DNA from: Auanema rhodensis
Lineage: Eukaryota > Animalia > Nematoda
Length of the DNA: 64,000 nucleotides
Direction: 5' to 3'
Assembly: GCA_964057225.1 (NCBI GenBank)
Contig: OZ059899.1
Location: 62,001 to 126,000, forward strand
Below are positions 57,201 to 64,000 of the stretch, one piece after another (positions within the stretch are counted from its first letter, which is position 1; each line of letters begins with the position of its first letter). Below the pieces are notes generated by a model, which made no database searches, had not been told where the DNA came from, and was given only the letters and a program-made list of their open reading frames with translations. Both the position numbers and the translations under genes were made by a program.

Positions 57201-58442
57201 ACATTTAATTAGCATAAATTAAAGTTCAAGTAAATTTCAAAGTCATGGTTACCATGCACCAATATCAATAAAAATTTGTTTTTAGACTAATATGGACATG
57301 GGGAATCTAATTTTGAAAACCGCATCTCTTTATCTTTCACGTTAAGCGAGTTACATACCAAGTGCTCATCACGTGTACATTTAATTAGCATAAATTAAAG
57401 TTCACGTAAATTTCAAAGTCATGGTTACCATGCACCAAATCAATAAAAATTTGTTTTTAGACTAATATGGACATGGGGAATCTAATTTTGAAAACCGCAT
57501 CTCTTTATCTTTCACGTGAAGCGAGTTACATACCAAGTGCACATCACGTGTACATTTAATTAGCATAAATTAAAGTTCACGTAAATTTCAAAGTCATGGT
57601 TACCATGCACCAATATCAATAAAAATTTGTTTTTAGACTAATATGGACATGGGGAATCTAATTTTGAAAACCGCATCTCTTTATCTTTCACGTTAAGCGA
57701 GTTACATACCAAGTGCTCATCACGTGTACATTTAATTAGCATAAATTAAAGTTCACGTAAATTTCAAAGTCATGGTTACCATGCACCAAATCAATAAAAA
57801 TTTGTTTTTAGACTAATATGGACATGGGGAATCTAATTTTGAAAACCGCATCTCTTTATCTTTCACGTGAAGCGAGTTACATACCAAGTGCACATCACGT
57901 GTACATTTAATTAGCATAAATTAAAGTTCACGTAAATTTCAAAGTCATGGTTACCATGAACCAATATCAATAAAAATTTGTTTTTAGACTAATATGGACA
58001 TGGGGAATCTAATTTTGAAAACCGCATCTCTTCATCTTTCACGTGAAGCGAGTTACATACCAAGTTCACATCACGTGTGCATTTAATTAGCATAAATTAA
58101 AGTTCACGTAAATTTCAAAGTCATGGTTACCATGCACCAAATCAATAAAAATTTGTTTTTAGACTAATATGGACATGGGGAATCTAATTTTGAAAACCGC
58201 ATCTCTTTATCTTTCACGTGAAGCGAGTTACATACCAAGTGCACATCACGTGTACATTTAATTAGCATAAATTAAAGTTCACGTAAATTTCAAAGTCATG
58301 GTTACCATGAAGCAATATCAATAAAAATTTGTTTTTAGACTAATATGGACATGGGGAATCTAATTTTGAAAACCGCATCTCTTTATCTTTCACGTGAAGC
58401 GAGTTACATACCAAGGGCACATCACGTGTACATTTAATTAGC

Positions 58443-61400
58443 ATAAATTAAAGTTCAAGTAAATTTCAAAGTCATGGTTACCATGAACCAATATCAATAA
58501 AAATTTGTTTTTAGACTAATATGGACATGGGGAATCTAATTTTGAAAACCGCATCTCTTCATCTTTCACGTGAAGCGAGTTACATACCAAGTGCACATCA
58601 CGTGTACATTTAATTAGCATAAATTAAAGTTCACGTAAATTTCAAAGTCATGGTTACCATGAAGCAATATCAATAAAAATTTGTTTTTAGACTAATATGG
58701 ACATGGGGAATCTAATTTTGAAAACCGCATCTCTTTATCTTTCACGTGAAGCGAGTTACATACCAAGTGCTCATCACGTGTACATTTAATTAGCATAAAT
58801 TAAAGTTCACGTAAATTTCAAAGTCATGGTTACCATGCACCAAATCAATAAAAATTTGTTTTTAGACTAATATGGACATGGGGAATCTAATTTTGAAAAC
58901 CGCATCTCTTTATCTTTCACGTGAAGCGAGTTACATACCAAGTGCACATCACGTGTACATTTAATTAGCATAAATTAAAGTTCACGTAAATTTCAAAGTC
59001 ATGGTTACCATGAAGCAATATCAATAAAAATTTGTTTTTAGACTAATATGGACATGGGGAATCTAATTTTGAAAACCGCATCTCTTTATCTTTCACGTGA
59101 AGCGAGTTACATACCAAGGGCACATCACGTGTACATTTAATTAGCATAAATTAAAGTTCAAGTAAATTTCAAAGTCATGGTTACCATGAACCAATATCAA
59201 TAAAAATTTGTTTTTAGACTAATATGGACATGGGGAATCTAATTTTGAAAACCGCATCTCTTCATCTTTCACGTGAAGCGAGTTACATACCAAGTGCACA
59301 TCACGTGTACATTTAATTAGCATAAATTAAAGTTCACGTAAATTTCAAAGTCATGGTTACCATGCACCAATATCAATAAAAATTTGTTTTTAGACTAATA
59401 TGGACATGGGGAATCTAATTTTGAAAACCGCATCTCTTTATCTTTCACGTTAAGCGAGTTACATACCAAGTGCACATCACGTGTACATTTAATTAGCATA
59501 AATTAAAGTTCACGTAAATTTCAAAGTCATGGTTACCATGCACCAATATCAATAAAAATTTGTTTTTAGACTAATATGGACATGGGGAATCTAATTTTGA
59601 AAACCGCATCTCTTTATCTTTCACGTTAAGCGAGTTACATACCAAGTGCACATCACGTGTACATTTAATTAGCATAAATTAAAGTTCACGTAAATTTCAA
59701 AGTCATGGTTACCATGCACCAATATCAATAAAAATTTGTTTTTAGACTAATATGGACATGGGGAATCTAATTTTGAAAACCGCATCTCTTTATCTTTCAC
59801 GTGAAGCGAGTTACATACCAAGTGCACATCACGTGTACATTTAATTAGCATAAATTAAAGTTCACGTAAATTTCAAAGTCATGGTTACCATGAACCAATA
59901 TCAATAAAAATTTGTTTTTAGACTAATATGGACATGGGGAATCTAATTTTGAAAACCGCATCTCTTTATCTTTCACGTGAAGCGAGTTACATACCAAGTG
60001 CACATCACGTGTACATTTAATTAGCATAAATTAAAGTTCACGTAAATTTCAAAGTCATGGTTACCATGCACCAATATCAATAAAAATTTGTTTTTAGACT
60101 AATATGGACATGGGGAATCTAATTTTGAAAACCGCATCTCTTTATGTTTCACGTGAAGCGAGTTACATACCAAGTGCACATCACGTGTACATTTAATTAG
60201 CATAAATTAAAGTTCACGTAAATTTCAAAGTCATGGTTACCATGCACCAATATCAATAAAAATTTGTTTTTAGACTAATATGGACATGGGGAATCTAATT
60301 TTGAAAACCGCATCTCTTTATCTTTCACGTGAAGCGAGTGACAGACCAAGTGCACATCACGTGTACATTTAATTAGCATAAATTAAAGTTCACGTAAATT
60401 TCAAAGTCATGGTTACCATGAACCAATATCAATAAAAATTTGTTTTTAGACTAATATGGACATGGGGAATCTAATTTTGAAAACCGCATCTCTTTATGTT
60501 TCACGTGAAGCGAGTTACATACCAAGTGCACATCACGTGTACATTTAATTAGCATAAATTAAAGTTCACGTAAATTTCAAAGTCATGGTTACCATGCACC
60601 AATATCAATAAAAATTTGTTTTTAGACTAATATGGACATGGGGAATCTAATTTTGAAAACCGCATCTCTTTATCTTTCACGTGAAGCGAGTTACATACCA
60701 AGTGCACATCACGTGTACATTTAATTAGCATAAATTAAAGTTCACGTAAATTTCAAAGTCATGGTTACCATGCACCAATATCAATAAAAATTTGTTTTTA
60801 GACTAATATGGACATGGGGAATCTAATTTTGAAAACCGCATCTCTTTATCTTTCACGTGAAGCGAGTTACATACCAAGTGCACATCACGTGTACATTTAA
60901 TTAGCATAAATTAAAGTTCACGTAAATTTCAAAGTCATGCTTACCATGCACCAATATCAATAAAAATTTGTTTTTAGACTAATATGGACATGGGGAATCT
61001 AATTTTGAAAACCGCATCTCTTCATCTTTCACGTGAAGCGAGTTACATACCAAGTGCACATCACGTGTACATTTAATTAGCATAAATTAAAGTTCACGTA
61101 AATTTCAAAGTCATGGTTACCATGCACCAATATCAATAAAAATTTGTTTTTAGACTAATATGGACATGGGGAATCTAATTTTGAAAACCGCATCTCTTCA
61201 TCTTTCACGTGAAGCGAGTTACATACCAAGTGCACATCACGTGTACATTTAATTAGCATAAATTAAAGTTCAAGTAAATTTCAAAGTCATGGTTACCATG
61301 AACCAATATCAATAAAAATTTGTTTTTAGACTAATATGGACATGGGGAATCTAATTTTGAAAACCGCATCTCTTCATCTTTCACGTGAAGCGAGTTACAT

Positions 61401-63016
61401 ACCAAGTGCACATCACGTGTACATTTAATTAGCATAAATTAAAGTTCACGTAAATTTCAAAGTCATGGTTACCATGAAGCAATATCAATAAAAATTTGTT
61501 TTTAGACTAATATGGACATGGGGAATCTAATTTTGAAAACCGCATCTCTTTATCTTTCACGTGAAGCGAGTTACATACCAAGTGCTCATCACGTGTACAT
61601 TTAATTAGCATAAATTAAAGTTCACGTAAATTTCAAAGTCATGGTTACCATGCACCAAATCAATAAAAATTTGTTTTTAGACTAATATGGACATGGGGAA
61701 TCTAATTTTGAAAACCGCATCTCTTTATCTTTCACGTGAAGCGAGTTACATACCAAGTGCACATCACGTGTACATTTAATTAGCATAAATTAAAGTTCAC
61801 GTAAATTTCAAAGTCATGGTTACCATGAAGCAATATCAATAAAAATTTGTTTTTAGACTAATATGGACATGGGGAATCTAATTTTGAAAACCGCATCTCT
61901 TTATCTTTCACGTGAAGCGAGTTACATACCAAGGGCACATCACGTGTACATTTAATTAGCATAAATTAAAGTTCAAGTAAATTTCAAAGTCATGGTTACC
62001 ATGAACCAATATCAATAAAAATTTGTTTTTAGACTAATATGGACATGGGGAATCTAATTTTGAAAACCGCATCTCTTCATCTTTCACGTGAAGCGAGTTA
62101 CATACCAAGTGCACATCACGTGTACATTTAATTAGCATAAATTAAAGTTCACGTAAATTTCAAAGTCATGGTTACCATGCACCAATATCAATAAAAATTT
62201 GTTTTTAGACTAATATGGACATGGGGAATCTAATTTTGAAAACCGCATCTCTTTATCTTTCACGTTAAGCGAGTTACATACCAAGTGCACATCACGTGTA
62301 CATTTAATTAGCATAAATTAAAGTTCACGTAAATTTCAAAGTCATGGTTACCATGCACCAATATCAATAAAAATTTGTTTTTAGACTAATATGGACATGG
62401 GGAATCTAATTTTGAAAACCGCATCTCTTTATCTTTCACGTGAAGCGAGTTACATACCAAGTGCACATCACGTGTACATTTAATTAGCATAAATTAAAGT
62501 TCACGTAAATTTCAAAGTCATGGTTACCATGAACCAATATCAATAAAAATTTGTTTTTAGACTAATATGGACATGGGGAATCTAATTTTGAAAACCGCAT
62601 CTCTTTATCTTTCACGTGAAGCGAGTTACATACCAAGTGCACATCACGTGTACATTTAATTAGCATAAATTAAAGTTCACGTAAATTTCAAAGTCATGGT
62701 TACCATGCATCAATATCAATAAAAATTTGTTTTTAGACTAATATGGACATGGGGAATCTAATTTTGAAAACCGCATCTCTTTATGTTTCACGTGAAGCGA
62801 ATTACATACCAAGTGCACATCACGTGTACATTTAATTAGCATAAATTAAAGTTCACGTAAATTTCAAAGTCATGGTTACCATGCACCAATATCAATAAAA
62901 ATTTGTTTTTAGACTAATATGGACATGGGGAATCTAATTTTGAAAACCGCATCTCTTTATCTTTCACGTGAAGCGAGTGACAGACCAAGTGCACATCACG
63001 TGTACATTTAATTAGC
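58443..63016 (+). repeat. Block duplication: 58443-60377 repeated at 61258-63016
   Basis: The two blocks share ordered markers, including the rare GAGTGACAGACC (about 60340 and 62980) and TTATGTTTC (60146/62785). The offset is 2815 bp and drops to 2639 bp after an extra G130T monomer in the first copy. Confidence 0.85.
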
Positions 63017-64000
63017 ATAAATTAAAGTTCACGTAAATTTCAAAGTCATGGTTACCATGAACCAATATCAATAAAAATTTGTTTTTAGACTAATATGGAC
63101 ATGGGGAATCTAATTTTGAAAACCGCATCTCTTTATCTTTCACGTGAAGCAAGTTACATACCAAGTGCACATCACGTGTACATTTAATTAGCATAAATTA
63201 AAGTTCACGTAAATTTCAAAGTCATAGTTACCATGCACCAATATCAATAAAAATTTGTTTTTAGACTAATATGGACATGGGGAATCTAATTTTGAAAACC
63301 GCATCTCTTTATCTTTCACGTGAAGCGAGTTACATACCAAGTGCACATCACGTGTACATTTAATTAGCATAAATTAAAGTTCACGTAAATTTCAAAGTCA
63401 TGGTTACCATGCACCAATATCAATAAAAATTTGTTTTTAGACTAATATGGACATGGGGAATCTAATTTTGAAAACCGCATCTCTTTATCTTTCACGTGAA
63501 GCGAGTTACATACCAAGTGCACATCACGTGTACATTTAATTAGCATAAATTAAAGTTCACGTAAATTTCAAAGTCATGGTTACCATGAACCAATATCAAT
63601 AAAAATTTGTTTTTAGACTAATATGGACATGGGGAATCTAATTTTGAAAACCGCATCTCTTCATCTTTCACGTGAAGCGAGTTACATACCAAGTGCACAT
63701 CACGTGTACATTTAATTAGCATAAATTAAAGTTCACGTAAATTTCAAAGTCATGGTTACCATGAAGCAATATCAATAAAAATTTGTTTTTAGACTAATAT
63801 GGACATGGGGAATCTAATTTTGAAAACCGCATCTCTTTATCTTTCACGTGAAGCGAGTTACATACCAAGTGCTCATCACGTGTACATTTAATTAGCATAA
63901 ATTAAAGTTCACGTAAATTTCAAAGTCATGGATACCATGCACCAAATCAATAAAAATTTGTTTTTAGACTAATATGGACATGGGGAATCTAATTTTGAAA

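Larger units (their letters stand above)
1..64000. repeat. 176-bp tandem satellite DNA array (about 364.6 monomers, head-to-tail, single orientation); candidate centromeric or pericentromeric satellite
   Basis: The monomer start ATAAATTAAAGTTCAC recurs at 1+176k (e.g. 881, 2641, 21121) and, after a 1-bp loss, at 22000+176k (e.g. 29392, 52096). The consensus has 57/176 G+C. The satellite call is read directly from the sequence. The centromeric role is inferred only from the nucleosome-scale unit length and the homogeneity. Confidence 0.99.
29744..64000. repeat. Satellite sub-domain B (G34A, T42C, T36C, G87A, T86A, T118C; distally A153T, T150G, C16A, G130T and a 1-bp deletion near p50)
   Basis: CATAGTTACC, CCACGCACC, GGCTACC, GACAAGGGG and AAGGGCAC first appear after about 29.7 kb, and exact-consensus monomers become more common. 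Confidence 0.8.

Noticed and set aside
1-64000. CRISPR array
   Set aside because: There are no unique spacers, the entire 176 bp is repeated, and there are no cas genes.
1-64000. Transposon insertion, inversion or telomeric repeats within the array
   Set aside because: The monomer register is accounted for throughout (seven 1-bp losses and two 81-bp deletions), and I saw no foreign or reverse-oriented sequence.
1-64000. Variant order as an encoded message or programmed diversification system
   Set aside because: The patterns are explained by ordinary block duplication and recombination, and no enzyme gene or template is present.

Overview
The whole 64 kb window is one uninterrupted, head-to-tail, single-orientation tandem array of a 176-bp AT-rich monomer (about 32% GC, about 364.6 copies by my count), and both ends run off the window. 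Monomers usually differ from the consensus by 0-3 substitutions. Consensus, phased at window position 1 (pN = position within the monomer): ATAAATTAAAGTTCACGTAAATTTCAAAGTCATGGTTACCATGCACCAATATCAATAAAAATTTGTTTTTAGACTAATATGGACATGGGGAATCTAATTTTGAAAACCGCATCTCTTTATCTTTCACGTGAAGCGAGTTACATACCAAGTGCACATCACGTGTACATTTAATTAGC. This is typical eukaryotic satellite DNA and is plausibly centromeric, but I cannot assign a named family or organism. I found no genes, RNA genes, transposon insertions, CRISPR arrays or inversions, and no support for a new protein-coding system. The interest lies in the array's internal structure: (1) a palindrome-rich, fold-back monomer with three TCACGT cores; (2) two linked variants (T22A and C125T) that repair both mismatches of an 11-bp inverted repeat; (3) an abrupt switch of variant sets near 29.6 kb; (4) dimeric, 8-mer and 10-16-mer higher-order repeats or block duplications; (5) a duplicated 81-bp deletion whose junction looks like end-joining repair. 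All variant calls were read by eye and should be confirmed by alignment.
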